32,512 bases of DNA from Candidatus Micrarchaeia archaeon (lineage in GTDB: Archaea; Micrarchaeota; Micrarchaeia; Anstonellales; J096), in NCBI GenBank assembly GCA_041500865.1, contig JBGQMY010000011.1, positions 1 to 32,512 of the forward strand. Reading direction: 5' to 3'. Position numbers and translations under genes: made by a program. Below, piece after piece: positions 1-9,570 of the stretch. The notes under the pieces are model-generated. The model saw only the letters and a list, made by a program, of their open reading frames with translations, had not been told where the DNA came from and did no database searches. The stretch's first letter is position 1. Each line of letters starts with the position of its first letter.

Positions 1-249
1 GCAAAGGACGATGACGGCAGGACCGCGCTCATGCGTGCCGCATACAACGGACGCATCCCAACCTGCGCTTTATTGCTCGAAAAAGGCGCAAGCATCGAGG
101 CAAAGGACAACGACGGCAAGACCGCGCTCATGGAGGCCGCAAGGTGGGGCAACAAGAGAACGGCCGCATTCCTAAAATCCATGGAATGGCTTGCGGGCAT
201 AACCGGAAACGCGTTCATGAAGCCATTCGGCGACTGCATTGCTGCCTGA
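1..249 (+). CDS. Ankyrin repeat protein, C-terminal part (5' end outside window)
   Basis: Frame open from base 1: AKDDDGRTALMRAAYNG..TCALLLEKGASIEAKDNDGKTALMEAARWG are ankyrin consensus repeats; tail AAFLKSMEWL..GNAFMKPFGDCIAA is shared with the ankyrins at 14373 and 16744. Confidence 0.9.
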   Translation, partial: AKDDDGRTALMRAAYNGRIPTCALLLEKGASIEAKDNDGKTALMEAARWGNKRTAAFLKSMEWLAGITGNAFMKPFGDCIAA

Positions 250-250
250 T

Positions 251-279
251 TTTTAACGCCTTTGCCGCACAATGAAGGC
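251..279 (+). promoter_or_regulatory. TATA-like box plus conserved 15-bp element CCTTTGCCGCACAAT (copy 1 of 3)
   Basis: TTTTAA at 251-256 and CCTTTGCCGCACAAT at 259-273, ending 6 bp before ATG 280; the identical 15-mer with identical spacing precedes both full-length ankyrin genes. Confidence 0.7.
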
Positions 280-336
280 ATGGGAAAGGAAACATTCGGC
301 TTGTTCATGGACGCCTTCAGCGGGTGCATTGGCTGA
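280..336 (+). pseudogene. 18-aa mini-ORF equivalent to the ankyrin-family C-terminal tail only (remnant or micro-peptide)
   Basis: ATG GGA AAG...TGC ATT GGC TGA = MGKETFGLFMDAFSGCIG*, aligning with GNIFMKSFSECIGQ / GNAFMKPFGDCIAA / GNSFILSFSDCISQ; preceded by the family upstream element. Confidence 0.6.
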
Positions 337-477
337 CAGGGAATTTAAGACGGAAAAGCCCATCAGGGGCACAATAAAGCGGCAAAGCACATTTGGAAAC
401 ATATACCTTTTTAAACGTTGCTATGGAATTCCCTATAAAAGGGCAGTGTCACTGATGCCTCGTCCACGGGTGGTTCC

Positions 478-726
478 TTGAGCGTATTGAAAAAGAAGAA
501 CATATCGACAGCAAACTATTTTTTGAACCCACAATTCCGGGTTCTTGACGAAAAGGAGAAGAAGGCGGTCCTTGCAAAGTACAGGATAACGGACGAAGGC
601 CTTCCGAAAATCCTTATGGGCGACCCTGTCGCGGTTGAGCTGAAGCTCAAGGCCGGCGACGTAGTCGAAATCAGGAGGAAGGACCCACCTGGGGAGTACC
701 TTTCCTACAGGGTTGCGTTCGAGTGA
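478..726 (+). CDS. rpoH: DNA-directed RNA polymerase subunit H (Rpo5)
   Basis: LPKILMGDPVA...KAGDVVEIRRK...YLSYRV matches Rpb5/RpoH C-terminal motifs; first gene of the canonical archaeal rpo operon; TTG start with GGTGG upstream. Confidence 0.93.
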   Translation: MSVLKKKNISTANYFLNPQFRVLDEKEKKAVLAKYRITDEGLPKILMGDPVAVELKLKAGDVVEIRRKDPPGEYLSYRVAFE

Positions 727-736
727 CGGTGTTAAT

Positions 737-2203
737 ATGGTAAAAGAAATCATGCCAGTCTATTTCAGCTCCAATTCGCTGGTCAAGCAGCAGCTTGACT
801 CCTACAACAAGTTCGCGCTGGAAGGCATCCAGGAGATTGTGGACAGCGTCGGCCAGATAAAGACCAACGTGGAGGGCTTTGAGATAAAGCTGGGGAAGGT
901 GAAGCTTTCGCAGCCGAGGTTCTACGAGGTCAGGGGCGGGTACAGGAACATATTCCCGAGCGAGGCTAGGATAAGGAACATAACGTATGCGGCCCCGGTT
1001 TTCCTGGAAATGATGCCGATATACAACAACGTTGAGACCAACAGGTATGCGGACATATTCGTGGGCGAAATCCCAGTAATGTCAAAATCCGTGCTGTGCC
1101 ACACCAACCAGATGTCAAAGGAGGAATTGGTTGACATAGGCGAGGACCCCATGGACCCCGGCGGATACTTCATCATAAACGGCAGCGAAAGGGTCCTGGT
1201 CAGCCTGGAGGACCTGGTGCCGAACAAGGTCATGACGATAAAGGAGGACAAGGGCGCAGTGTCAAGCAAGATGTTTTCCGTCCATCATGGCTTCAGGGCC
1301 AGGTGCGTCATAAAGAGGAGCGCGGACGGCACGTGGATGGTGGATTTCCCGTCGTCCCCGAACGGCATGTCCCTTTTCTCGCTGATAAGGGCGATAGGCG
1401 TAAAGAAGGACATAGACGTTGAGGAGCTTTTTGACATGGAAATGCTGTCAATAAAGAACGACGTGCTTTTCAACATAGAGAACGACCCGTCCAAGGGGGC
1501 GGAAGAGGAGCCAGAGATATACGTCGCCAAAAGGTTCTCGCCAGGCCAGCCAAAGGAGTACCAGATAACGAGATTCAATTATTTGATAGACAACTACCTG
1601 CTTCCGCACCTCGGCACGCAGCCGGCCATGAGGAAGAGGAAGATACTGTACCTTGCGAAGATGGCAAGTCGTACAACTCTGGTCGCGAACGGCAAGATGT
1701 CTGCCGACGACAGGGACCACTACGGCAACAAGAGGGTGAAGCTCGCGGGGGACCTGATGAGCGAGCTGTTCCGCTATGCGTTCAACTACCTGATAAAGGA
1801 CATCGTGTACCAGGCAAGCAGGGCCGACGTCAGGGGCAGGAAGCTCCAGGTGCACACGATAGTCAGGCAGGACGCATTGACAGACAGGATTCTTTATTCG
1901 ATGGCGACAGGCAACTGGGTCGCAGGCCAGACCGGCGTCAGCCAGCTGCTTGACAGAATCAGCTATCTGTCTTCGCTGAGCCACAGGAGGAGGGTCATAT
2001 CGCCATTGACCAAGAAACATCCGCACTTCAAGGCGAGGGACCTGCACGGCACCCACTACGGCAAGCTCTGCCCCTCGGAGACGCCCGAAGGGCCCAGCAC
2101 CTCCATAGTGAAGAACATGGCCATGTTCTGCGAGATAACGACCGGATATTCCGACAGGGAAGTCGAGGACATTGTCAGGAAGTTCGGGATAGAGGAGGAA
2201 TGA
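737..2203 (+). CDS. rpoB2: DNA-directed RNA polymerase subunit B'' (Rpo2N)
   Basis: Motifs QQLDSYN, PSEARIRNITY, EDPMDPGGYFIINGSERV, DDRDHYGNKRVKLAG, CPSETPEG; ATG 737 after GGTG is preferred over the upstream start. Confidence 0.97.
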   Translation: MVKEIMPVYFSSNSLVKQQLDSYNKFALEGIQEIVDSVGQIKTNVEGFEIKLGKVKLSQPRFYEVRGGYRNIFPSEARIRNITYAAPVFLEMMPIYNNVETNRYADIFVGEIPVMSKSVLCHTNQMSKEELVDIGEDPMDPGGYFIINGSERVLVSLEDLVPNKVMTIKEDKGAVSSKMFSVHHGFRARCVIKRSADGTWMVDFPSSPNGMSLFSLIRAIGVKKDIDVEELFDMEMLSIKNDVLFNIENDPSKGAEEEPEIYVAKRFSPGQPKEYQITRFNYLIDNYLLPHLGTQPAMRKRKILYLAKMASRTTLVANGKMSADDRDHYGNKRVKLAGDLMSELFRYAFNYLIKDIVYQASRADVRGRKLQVHTIVRQDALTDRILYSMATGNWVAGQTGVSQLLDRISYLSSLSHRRRVISPLTKKHPHFKARDLHGTHYGKLCPSETPEGPSTSIVKNMAMFCEITTGYSDREVEDIVRKFGIEEE

Positions 2204-4062
2204 CAACCATGAAAACGCACCCGAATTCCGCGAAGGCAGAAAGATGCGCCATATACATAAACGGCAGGCTCATCGGTTTCCACAAGGACGGCAAGGCGCT
2301 TGTAAGCAGGATAAGGGAGACAAGGCGCAACAGCATGCTTGACTACCAGGTGAATGTCAGGCTCAAGCACGCGACGAACGAGCTGTTCATAAACACGGAC
2401 AGGGGGAGGGCACGGAGGCCCTATATAGTCATTAAGGACGGCAAGAGCACGCTGGGCCCGGAGATAAAAAAACGGCTAACCAACAACCAGCTGAACTGGA
2501 ACCATCTCATCAAGATGGGCATTGTCGAGTACCTGGATGCGGACGAGGAGGAGGACTCATATGTCGCAAGGCGCGAGGAGGAAATAACTAACGAGCATTC
2601 GCACCTCGAGATAGACGGCTCAACGATGTTCGGGGTTGTCGCAAGCATACTCCCGTATCCGGAGCACAACTCAAGCCCGAGGATAACCATGGCGTCGTCC
2701 ATGGCCAAGCAGAGCCTCGGCATGTACCTTTCAAACTACAACCACAGGTATGACACAAGAAGCTACATCATGTACTATCCGCAGCAGCCGCTGGTGCAGA
2801 CTGACGGGTACAAGCACCTGGGCATGAAGAACAGGGCCGCAGGACAGAACCTCGTCGTTGCAGTAATTTCATACAAGGGATGGAACCTGGAGGACGCAGT
2901 GGTAATCAACAGCTCAGCGGTGGACAGGGGCATGGGAAGGACGGCGATGTTCAGGACGTACGAAGTTGAGGAAATCACGTATCCGTCAGGCCAGAAGGAC
3001 GTGATAGAGACGCCCTCGCCAAAGGTCAACGGATTCAGGGGCGAGGAGTCGTATTCAAACTTGGACGAGGACGGAATAGTGATTCCTGAAAGCGCGGTCA
3101 AGGAGGGCGACGTGCTTGTCGGAAAGACGTCCCCGCCGAGGTTCCTTGAGGAGATGTCCATCTTCGGCGTTTACGAGGAAAAGAAGAGGGAAAGCTCAGT
3201 CGCAGTGAAAGAAGGCGAGTACGGAAGGGTGGACTCTGTCATACTTACGGAAGGCGCAAGCGGGAACAAGGTCGTCAAGGTGAGGCTGAGGCTTCCGAAG
3301 GTGCCTGAAATCGGGGACAAGATGGCGTCCAGGCACGGGCAAAAGGGCGTAATAGGGTTCATGGTGCCGCACGAGGACATGCCATTCAGCGAAAGCGGGA
3401 TAGTTCCCGACTTATTGATAAACCCGCACGCGCTGCCAAGCAGGATGACGGTCGGCCACATGCTGGACATGCTCGGCGGAAAGGCAGGATGCGTGGAAGG
3501 CGCGACAATGGACGGCACCGCATTCAGCGGGGACAAGGCGGAGAAGTTCATGGCGATACTGAAGGAGTCGGGCTTCGACGAGTACGGCGAGGAATGGCTC
3601 TATGACGGCATAACCGGAACGAAGATAAAGGCCAAGATATTCGTGGGCGTCATATACTACCAAAGGCTGTACCACCTGGTCTCCAACAAGATGCACGCAA
3701 GGAGCAGGGGCCCGGTGCAGCTGCTCACGCTCCAGCCGACAGAGGGAAGGAGCAGGGAAGGCGGCCTCAGGTTCGGGGAGATGGAAAGGGACACGCTCAT
3801 AGGGTTCGGCGCCGCATCCGTGATAAAGGAAAGGCTCCTTGAAGAGAGCGACAAGTCAACGCAATACATATGCAGGGACTGCGGCAGCATGGCCTACTAC
3901 AACTACCTTGCAAAGAAGCCCGCGTGCCCGCTCTGCCAGAGCGAGAACATAGCGGAGGTGGAGGTAAGCTACGCTTTCAAGCTGCTGCTTGACGAGATAA
4001 GGGCGATAGGCATATTCCCCAAGCTCATTGTGGACAAGAAGGCAAACAGGGAGGTCAATTGA
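2200..4062 (+). CDS. rpoB1: DNA-directed RNA polymerase subunit B' (Rpo2C)
   Basis: GWNLEDA, GDKMASRHGQKG, NPHALPSRMT, GRSREGGLRFGEMERD and a C-terminal CxxC/CxxC zinc site; ATGA overlap with B''. Confidence 0.97.
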   Translation: MTTMKTHPNSAKAERCAIYINGRLIGFHKDGKALVSRIRETRRNSMLDYQVNVRLKHATNELFINTDRGRARRPYIVIKDGKSTLGPEIKKRLTNNQLNWNHLIKMGIVEYLDADEEEDSYVARREEEITNEHSHLEIDGSTMFGVVASILPYPEHNSSPRITMASSMAKQSLGMYLSNYNHRYDTRSYIMYYPQQPLVQTDGYKHLGMKNRAAGQNLVVAVISYKGWNLEDAVVINSSAVDRGMGRTAMFRTYEVEEITYPSGQKDVIETPSPKVNGFRGEESYSNLDEDGIVIPESAVKEGDVLVGKTSPPRFLEEMSIFGVYEEKKRESSVAVKEGEYGRVDSVILTEGASGNKVVKVRLRLPKVPEIGDKMASRHGQKGVIGFMVPHEDMPFSESGIVPDLLINPHALPSRMTVGHMLDMLGGKAGCVEGATMDGTAFSGDKAEKFMAILKESGFDEYGEEWLYDGITGTKIKAKIFVGVIYYQRLYHLVSNKMHARSRGPVQLLTLQPTEGRSREGGLRFGEMERDTLIGFGAASVIKERLLEESDKSTQYICRDCGSMAYYNYLAKKPACPLCQSENIAEVEVSYAFKLLLDEIRAIGIFPKLIVDKKANREVN

Positions 4063-4063
4063 C

Positions 4064-6547
4064 ATGGTGCTTCACTACAACCCGGTCGAGGACGAGATAA
4101 AGAAGGTGCAGTTCGCGGTGTATTCCCCGGAGAACATAAAGAGCATCGGCCAGAGCAGGATAACGGTGCCCGACACGTATGACGACGACGGATACCCGCT
4201 GGACGAAGGGCTGATGGACCAGCACCTTGGGGTCATTGACCCGGGCCTCAGGTGCAAGACCTGCGGCGCGACGTCAAGGGAATGCCCGGGCCATTTCGGC
4301 CATATAGACCTTTTCAGGCCCGTAATCCACCCATTATTTGCGAAGAACATACAGAAGGTGCTCAGCGCAACGTGCGGCAAGTGCTACGGCGTTGTGCTTA
4401 CAAAGGAGAACAAGAGGCCGAAGAAATGCCCGCACTGCAAGGCAGACCTGCCGGACATCAAGTTCATAAGGCCGGTGACGTTCTACGTTGACGCAAAGGA
4501 GATGCTCCCGACCGAGATAAAGGAGTGGCTCAGCGCTGTGAACAATGCGGACCTTAAGAGGCTCGGGTACGACCCGGAGGCCGCAAGGCCCGAATGGATG
4601 GTGCTTTCCGTCCTTCTTGTCCCGCCAGTCAAGATAAGGCCGTCCATCACGCTTGAAAGCGGGGACAAGAGCGAAGATGACTTGACGCACAAGCTTGTGG
4701 AAATCATAAGGGTGAACCAGAAGCTTGAGGCCAACATAAACGCAGGGGCCCCGCAGCTCATCATAGAGGACCTTTGGAAGCTGCTGCAATACCATGTGAT
4801 AACCTATTTCGACAACGAGACGGCCGGCATACCGCCAGCAAGGCACAGGAGCGGAAGGCCGCTCAAGACGATTGCGCAAAGGCTGAAAGGCAAGGAGGGC
4901 CGTTTCAGGTACAACCTGAGCGGAAAGAGGGTCAATTTTTCAGCAAGGACGATAATCTCTCCGGACCCGTACATAAGCCTGAATGAGGTCGGCGTGCCTA
5001 TGCCCATAGCAGAGGAGCTGACGATACCGATACCGGTTACCGAATGGAACGGGGACTACCTGAAGGGCCTGATAAAGGCAAAGGAGTACCCGATGGCAAA
5101 GTACGTCATAAGGAAGGACGGCATAAGGGTCAAGGTGACTGATGCGTCAAGGGACAGGGTGCTTGAAAGCATCGGCGTGGGCTGGATTGTGGAAAGGCAG
5201 CTGATAAACGGGGACATCGTGCTGTTCAACAGGCAGCCGTCGCTGCACAGGGTTTCCATGATGGCGCACCTGGTCAGGGTGCTGCCTGGCAAGACGTTCC
5301 GTATAAACCCGCTGGTCTGTTCGCCGTACAACGCGGACTTCGACGGGGACGAGATGAACCTCCACGCGCTGCAAACGGAAGAGTCGCAGGCGGAGGCTTA
5401 CGAGCTCATGAGGGTAGACAAGCAGATACTCTCGCCAAGGCACGGCCATGCCATAATAAAGCCGCAGCAGGACAACGTGTCAGGCATCTACTTTTTGACA
5501 AGGGACGACGCCATACTCACCAAGGAGGAGGCATCCAACCTCCTGCTGAAGGCAGGCATAAAAAAGCTGCCGAAGCCGGACGTGGACAAGAGGCTCTATT
5601 CCGGAAAGGCGCTGTTCTCCATGCTGATTCCGGAGGACATAAACGCGACCTTCAAGTCAAAGCTGGGCGAAGAGGTCGTCATAAAGGACGGCAAGCTGAT
5701 AAAGGGCGCGATTGAGAGCAAGGGCATAAGCGGCGAGATACTTGAGAAGGTGTTCCTAAGGGATGGGGCCGAGGCAGCAAAGGGTTTCCTGGATTCCGCA
5801 ACGAGGATGGGGCTCAACTACCTTGAGATGTACGGCCTGAGCGTGTCGCTCAAGCAGTACGAGCTGGACCCGAAGGCAACGGAAGAGAGGGACAAGATAC
5901 TGAATAATCTCAACAGGCAGATAGATACGCTGATAGGCAAGTGCAACAGCAAGACGCTGGAGAGGTCGCCGGGCATGAGCATGAAGGAGACGCTTGAGGC
6001 CATGATAATGGCGCTCACGTCAAAGGCAAGGGACTCGACCGGGGACATAGTCATGGACTCGCTGGGCAAGGGGAACCCGTCCATAGTCATGGCGCAGATT
6101 GGGGCAAGGGGCTCTTTGCTTAACGTCGTGCAGATGGCTTCCGTCGTCGGCCAGCAGGCGGTAAGGAACAAGAGGCCAAAGCGCGGCTATGCCGGACGCG
6201 TATTGCCGTTCTTCAAGCCGGGCGTTCTCGGCGGAAGGGAGCGGGGCTTCGTTTACTCGTCCTTCATGAGCGGCCTTGACGTTGACGAGTTTTTCCACCA
6301 CGCAATCGGCGGAAGGGAGTCAATCGTCAACAAGTCCATCAGGACCGCGCGCTCCGGATACATGCAAAGGAGGCTGATTCACGCGCTGCAGGACCTTTCG
6401 GTTGCAAACGACCTGACTGTCAGGGACACGAGCGGAAGGATAATCCAGTTCATATACGGGGGGGACGCAAAGGACCCGATGTTCTCGACGAACACGGCCT
6501 TCATAGACTCGATATCGGAGGACGATGTCGACACGGCGTCCAAATGA
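4064..6547 (+). CDS. rpoA1: DNA-directed RNA polymerase subunit A' (Rpo1N)
   Basis: Catalytic [51 protein letters not shown] 4064 follows SD GGAGGT. Confidence 0.98.
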   Translation: MVLHYNPVEDEIKKVQFAVYSPENIKSIGQSRITVPDTYDDDGYPLDEGLMDQHLGVIDPGLRCKTCGATSRECPGHFGHIDLFRPVIHPLFAKNIQKVLSATCGKCYGVVLTKENKRPKKCPHCKADLPDIKFIRPVTFYVDAKEMLPTEIKEWLSAVNNADLKRLGYDPEAARPEWMVLSVLLVPPVKIRPSITLESGDKSEDDLTHKLVEIIRVNQKLEANINAGAPQLIIEDLWKLLQYHVITYFDNETAGIPPARHRSGRPLKTIAQRLKGKEGRFRYNLSGKRVNFSARTIISPDPYISLNEVGVPMPIAEELTIPIPVTEWNGDYLKGLIKAKEYPMAKYVIRKDGIRVKVTDASRDRVLESIGVGWIVERQLINGDIVLFNRQPSLHRVSMMAHLVRVLPGKTFRINPLVCSPYNADFDGDEMNLHALQTEESQAEAYELMRVDKQILSPRHGHAIIKPQQDNVSGIYFLTRDDAILTKEEASNLLLKAGIKKLPKPDVDKRLYSGKALFSMLIPEDINATFKSKLGEEVVIKDGKLIKGAIESKGISGEILEKVFLRDGAEAAKGFLDSATRMGLNYLEMYGLSVSLKQYELDPKATEERDKILNNLNRQIDTLIGKCNSKTLERSPGMSMKETLEAMIMALTSKARDSTGDIVMDSLGKGNPSIVMAQIGARGSLLNVVQMASVVGQQAVRNKRPKRGYAGRVLPFFKPGVLGGRERGFVYSSFMSGLDVDEFFHHAIGGRESIVNKSIRTARSGYMQRRLIHALQDLSVANDLTVRDTSGRIIQFIYGGDAKDPMFSTNTAFIDSISEDDVDTASK

Positions 6548-6554
6548 GGCGGTT

Positions 6555-7586
6555 ATGATGACAATGGCAGCAGCGCATCCGAAAAGGAAGTACATGATTA
6601 ACGCCGGGGAGCCGGTGGGCATAGTGGCCGCGCAGAGCCTCGGCGAGCCTGGCACGCAGATGACAATGCGTGCGTTCCACTATGCGGGCGTCGCTGAGCA
6701 GGTGCCGACCGGCCTGCCGAGGATGATAGAGCTCGTCGACATGAGGAAGAGGCCCAAAAAGCCCATCATAGACATCTACCTGAAGCCGGAATTCAGGAAG
6801 GACAGGAAGAAAGCCGAGGACCTTGCGAAAAGGATAGAGATGGTGACCGTTTCGGATGTGTGCGACATAAGGGAAGACCTTGAGCACAGGAGGATACTGC
6901 TCAGGTACAACGAGAATGCGGGAAAGACGTTCGGGACCAAGATGGACGACCTGCTGAAGGCCATAAGCAAGAGGAAAATACGCGTAAAGGGCAACATAGT
7001 AATGATAAAGTTCGAGGGCAAGGAGGCCAAGAAGCCGCTCAAGGCCGCAAGGAAGATGCTTGACAGGCTAAGAGAGGCGATAGTGAAGGGCATAGACGGC
7101 ATAACGATGGCTGTCGTCGTGGAAGAGAAGGGCGAATACTACGTCAGGGCGAAAGGCGACAACATAGAGGGCGTGCTTGACATAGAGACTGTTGACCCGG
7201 GCCACATCTACACGAACAACGTCAAGGAGATAGAAAGGATTTACGGCGTGGAGGCAGCGCGCAACGCAATCATAAAGGAGCTCAAGCAGGTGCTTGACAT
7301 GCAGGGCCTTTACGTGGACGTGAGGCACATCATGCTGCTTGCGGACGCGATGTCCAGCGACGGAAAGATAATAAACGTCGGAAGGAGGGGCCTTGCCGGC
7401 GGAAAGGAGAGCGTGCTGGCGAAGGCCGCTTTCGAGGAGACGATAAGGCACCTGACCGATGCGGCCTCAAGGGGCAGCATAGACCCGCTGAAGGGCGTCA
7501 CTGAAAACATAATCGCGGGAAAGACCGTGCCGCTCGGGACCGGAAACGTGCTCTTGGAGTTCAAGTTCTCCAAGGGAAACAAATAA
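6555..7586 (+). CDS. rpoA2: DNA-directed RNA polymerase subunit A'' (Rpo1C)
   Basis: [28 protein letters not shown] (trigger loop), [41 protein letters not shown]; exact start among nearby ATGs uncertain. Confidence 0.96.
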   Translation: MMTMAAAHPKRKYMINAGEPVGIVAAQSLGEPGTQMTMRAFHYAGVAEQVPTGLPRMIELVDMRKRPKKPIIDIYLKPEFRKDRKKAEDLAKRIEMVTVSDVCDIREDLEHRRILLRYNENAGKTFGTKMDDLLKAISKRKIRVKGNIVMIKFEGKEAKKPLKAARKMLDRLREAIVKGIDGITMAVVVEEKGEYYVRAKGDNIEGVLDIETVDPGHIYTNNVKEIERIYGVEAARNAIIKELKQVLDMQGLYVDVRHIMLLADAMSSDGKIINVGRRGLAGGKESVLAKAAFEETIRHLTDAASRGSIDPLKGVTENIIAGKTVPLGTGNVLLEFKFSKGNK

Positions 7587-7629
7587 AAATACTATGCGGC
7601 GAGACTAAAAGACTGTCAATGTGATGCTT

Positions 7630-8088
7630 ATGGCAAGGAAGAAGGATGTCGGGGGGAAGAAGGCCGACCTTGAGGAAAAGGAAAAGAAGGAGGAAGAGGC
7701 GGCAGAGGAAGTGCAGGAAACGAAGAAAAAGACGAAAAAGGCCGCAATCAGGAAAAGGGAGAAGAAGGAGAAGATAAGCCCGCTTGAGAAGGAAATCAGG
7801 CTCCTGATTGAAAGCGGGAAGATAGGGTTCGGGACCCGCAAGGGCCTTGCGTCCGTGATGCTTGGAAAAGCTAAGGGAATCATATTTGCAGCCAACATAC
7901 CCCGCGAGACGGTTGAGGACATAACGTATTATTCCTCTATGGAGAAGGGGCTGGCGCAGCTGCCATTTGCAGGCACGTCCATTGAGCTGGGGAAGCTGTG
8001 CGGAAAGCCTTACCCGGTTTCGGTCATCGCCATATACGAATTCGGCGAGACAAGCAAGGAAAAGCTCGAGAAGCTGACAAAAGGATAG
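7630..8088 (+). CDS. rpl30e: 50S ribosomal protein L30e with K/E-rich N-terminal extension
   Basis: SGKIGFGTR..GKAKGIIFAANIP..GTSIELGKLCGKPYPVSVIAIYEFGET is the L30e signature; canonical position after rpoA''; start could be 7621, 7624 or 7630. Confidence 0.9.
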   Translation: MARKKDVGGKKADLEEKEKKEEEAAEEVQETKKKTKKAAIRKREKKEKISPLEKEIRLLIESGKIGFGTRKGLASVMLGKAKGIIFAANIPRETVEDITYYSSMEKGLAQLPFAGTSIELGKLCGKPYPVSVIAIYEFGETSKEKLEKLTKG

Positions 8089-8094
8089 TGCATC

Positions 8095-8529
8095 ATGGAA
8101 CTTAATCCTGACGTTCTTGAGTACTTCAATGTCTTTGAGTCCTTTACCGGCGTGATGCCCCTTGACATGATAGAGTCAAGGGGGGCGCTGTTCTTCGTCG
8201 TCCCGCCAGACAAGATCGGACTTGTCTTGGCGAACCATGGCAGGAAGATAGAGAGCCTTAAGCTGAAAGTGGACAGGAACATCTACGTGGTTGCGAATTC
8301 CCCCGAGCCCATAGCGTTTCTCAAGAACCTTTTCAACAACGTGCGCATACTTGAGACTACGGATGAGAACATCATGGGCGAGACGGTGCTCTACATCATA
8401 GTGGACGAGAAGGACAAGAGCAAGGCCCTTGGGAAGAACAAGGCGCGCCTGGACGGCGCACGCGAGCTTATGAAGCGCAAGTTCAACATTTCGCTGTTTT
8501 TGAAGACAAGGCTTCCGCCGCCGATGTGA
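8095..8529 (+). CDS. nusA: Archaeal NusA-like transcription elongation factor (KH domains)
   Basis: FESFTGV, KIGLVLANHGRKI and DKSKALGKNKARL are degenerate KH motifs; 144 aa; canonical position after rpl30e. Confidence 0.85.
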   Translation: MELNPDVLEYFNVFESFTGVMPLDMIESRGALFFVVPPDKIGLVLANHGRKIESLKLKVDRNIYVVANSPEPIAFLKNLFNNVRILETTDENIMGETVLYIIVDEKDKSKALGKNKARLDGARELMKRKFNISLFLKTRLPPPM

Positions 8530-8569
8530 AGGCGCATTATATTTAAAATGTTTCTTTTCATAGTCAGAT

Positions 8570-9091
8570 ATGGCTGTTCAGCAAGGAAAGCCGGCGTTTG
8601 CACTAAAGGCGAAGGGGAGTGCCAGCGCAATCCGCAGGGAGATATACTGCTTTTACGACCGCGACCCGGCATTGCAGACCGCATTTGACAGCTACAACCT
8701 CAGGTGCAAGGCGATTGGGGACCTGGGCTGCATGAAGTTCGGGGCATTGTGCATGCACATCTTCAACAGGTTCAGGAAGGACAAGGGCAACGGGCCCTTG
8801 AAAATATGCATGCCAAGGAAAATCATTAGAAGGGCCATTCGCGAGATGGGCGGCGTGGCATTCACGGATTATAGGAAGGGGACGCAAACCGTGCGGTTCC
8901 TCATATACGCAGCAGGGGAGATAGCGGACCTTGTCAGGACCGGACGTTCAGGCGAGTGCCGCAAAAGCATCCTTGGACGTATGGATGACAAGGGCAATGC
9001 GCTCATGAGGATGACTGCATTCAGCGAAGATGAGCGGGGGCTCATCAAAAAGTCGCTGGACGAGGATTTCTTCTCCAGGATAACGAAATAA
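8570..9091 (+). CDS. Hypothetical protein
   Basis: 173-aa ORF filling the gap between nusA and the convergent suf genes; TATTTAAAA about 25-30 bp upstream of the ATG; no recognisable motif. Confidence 0.6.
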   Translation: MAVQQGKPAFALKAKGSASAIRREIYCFYDRDPALQTAFDSYNLRCKAIGDLGCMKFGALCMHIFNRFRKDKGNGPLKICMPRKIIRRAIREMGGVAFTDYRKGTQTVRFLIYAAGEIADLVRTGRSGECRKSILGRMDDKGNALMRMTAFSEDERGLIKKSLDEDFFSRITK

Positions 9092-9096
9092 ACCGG

Positions 9097-9570
9097 TCAT
9101 TGCAGAAGGAACCGTTCGCAGAAGAGTTTTTCCGCTTCTTTCCTGCCGATGCCGCGCGCCATCAGGTAATTTATTGTCTCCTTTGGCATTCCCTGTATTG
9201 AGGATTTGTGCGCCGCTTCAACGTCCCCGTTCAGCAGCACCAGCTTCGGGCAGAAGCCTGCCTTTGCCTTTTTGCCTATCTTTATGCCGTTCATGGATAC
9301 CTTTCCTGAGCTGCCTGCGGAATCCTTTTCCATGACGAGCTTTGCGTCCAGCCTGATTTGTGACCTGATTATTGAGTTGAACGTGATGTTTGACCTTCCT
9401 TTTCCCTTGTGGACAACGCTGAGGTTGACCTGCTGGGGCTTCCTGTTCCTGGACGTTATCAGCATGTCCAAATCGCCGCCTTCCTCAATCTGAAGCACTA
9501 TGTCGGCATCGCCTTCCTCCAGCGCGATGTTTTCCGTGGATTTGGATGAAATGGTTTTCATTATTTCCAT
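9097..9570 (-). CDS. sufD: Short SufD-like (SufBD family) protein
   Basis: C-terminal PKLVLLNGDVEAAHKSSIQG..ETINYLMARGIGRKEAEKL is the SufBD signature with the conserved His; only 157 aa; TAATG overlap with sufB. Confidence 0.75.
   Translation of the reverse strand: MEIMKTISSKSTENIALEEGDADIVLQIEEGGDLDMLITSRNRKPQQVNLSVVHKGKGRSNITFNSIIRSQIRLDAKLVMEKDSAGSSGKVSMNGIKIGKKAKAGFCPKLVLLNGDVEAAHKSSIQGMPKETINYLMARGIGRKEAEKLFCERFLLQ

Noticed and set aside
272..481. 69-aa ORF MKAWERKH.. upstream of rpoH
   Set aside because: No motif; overlaps the better-supported 280-336 mini-ORF and the probable rpo promoter region.
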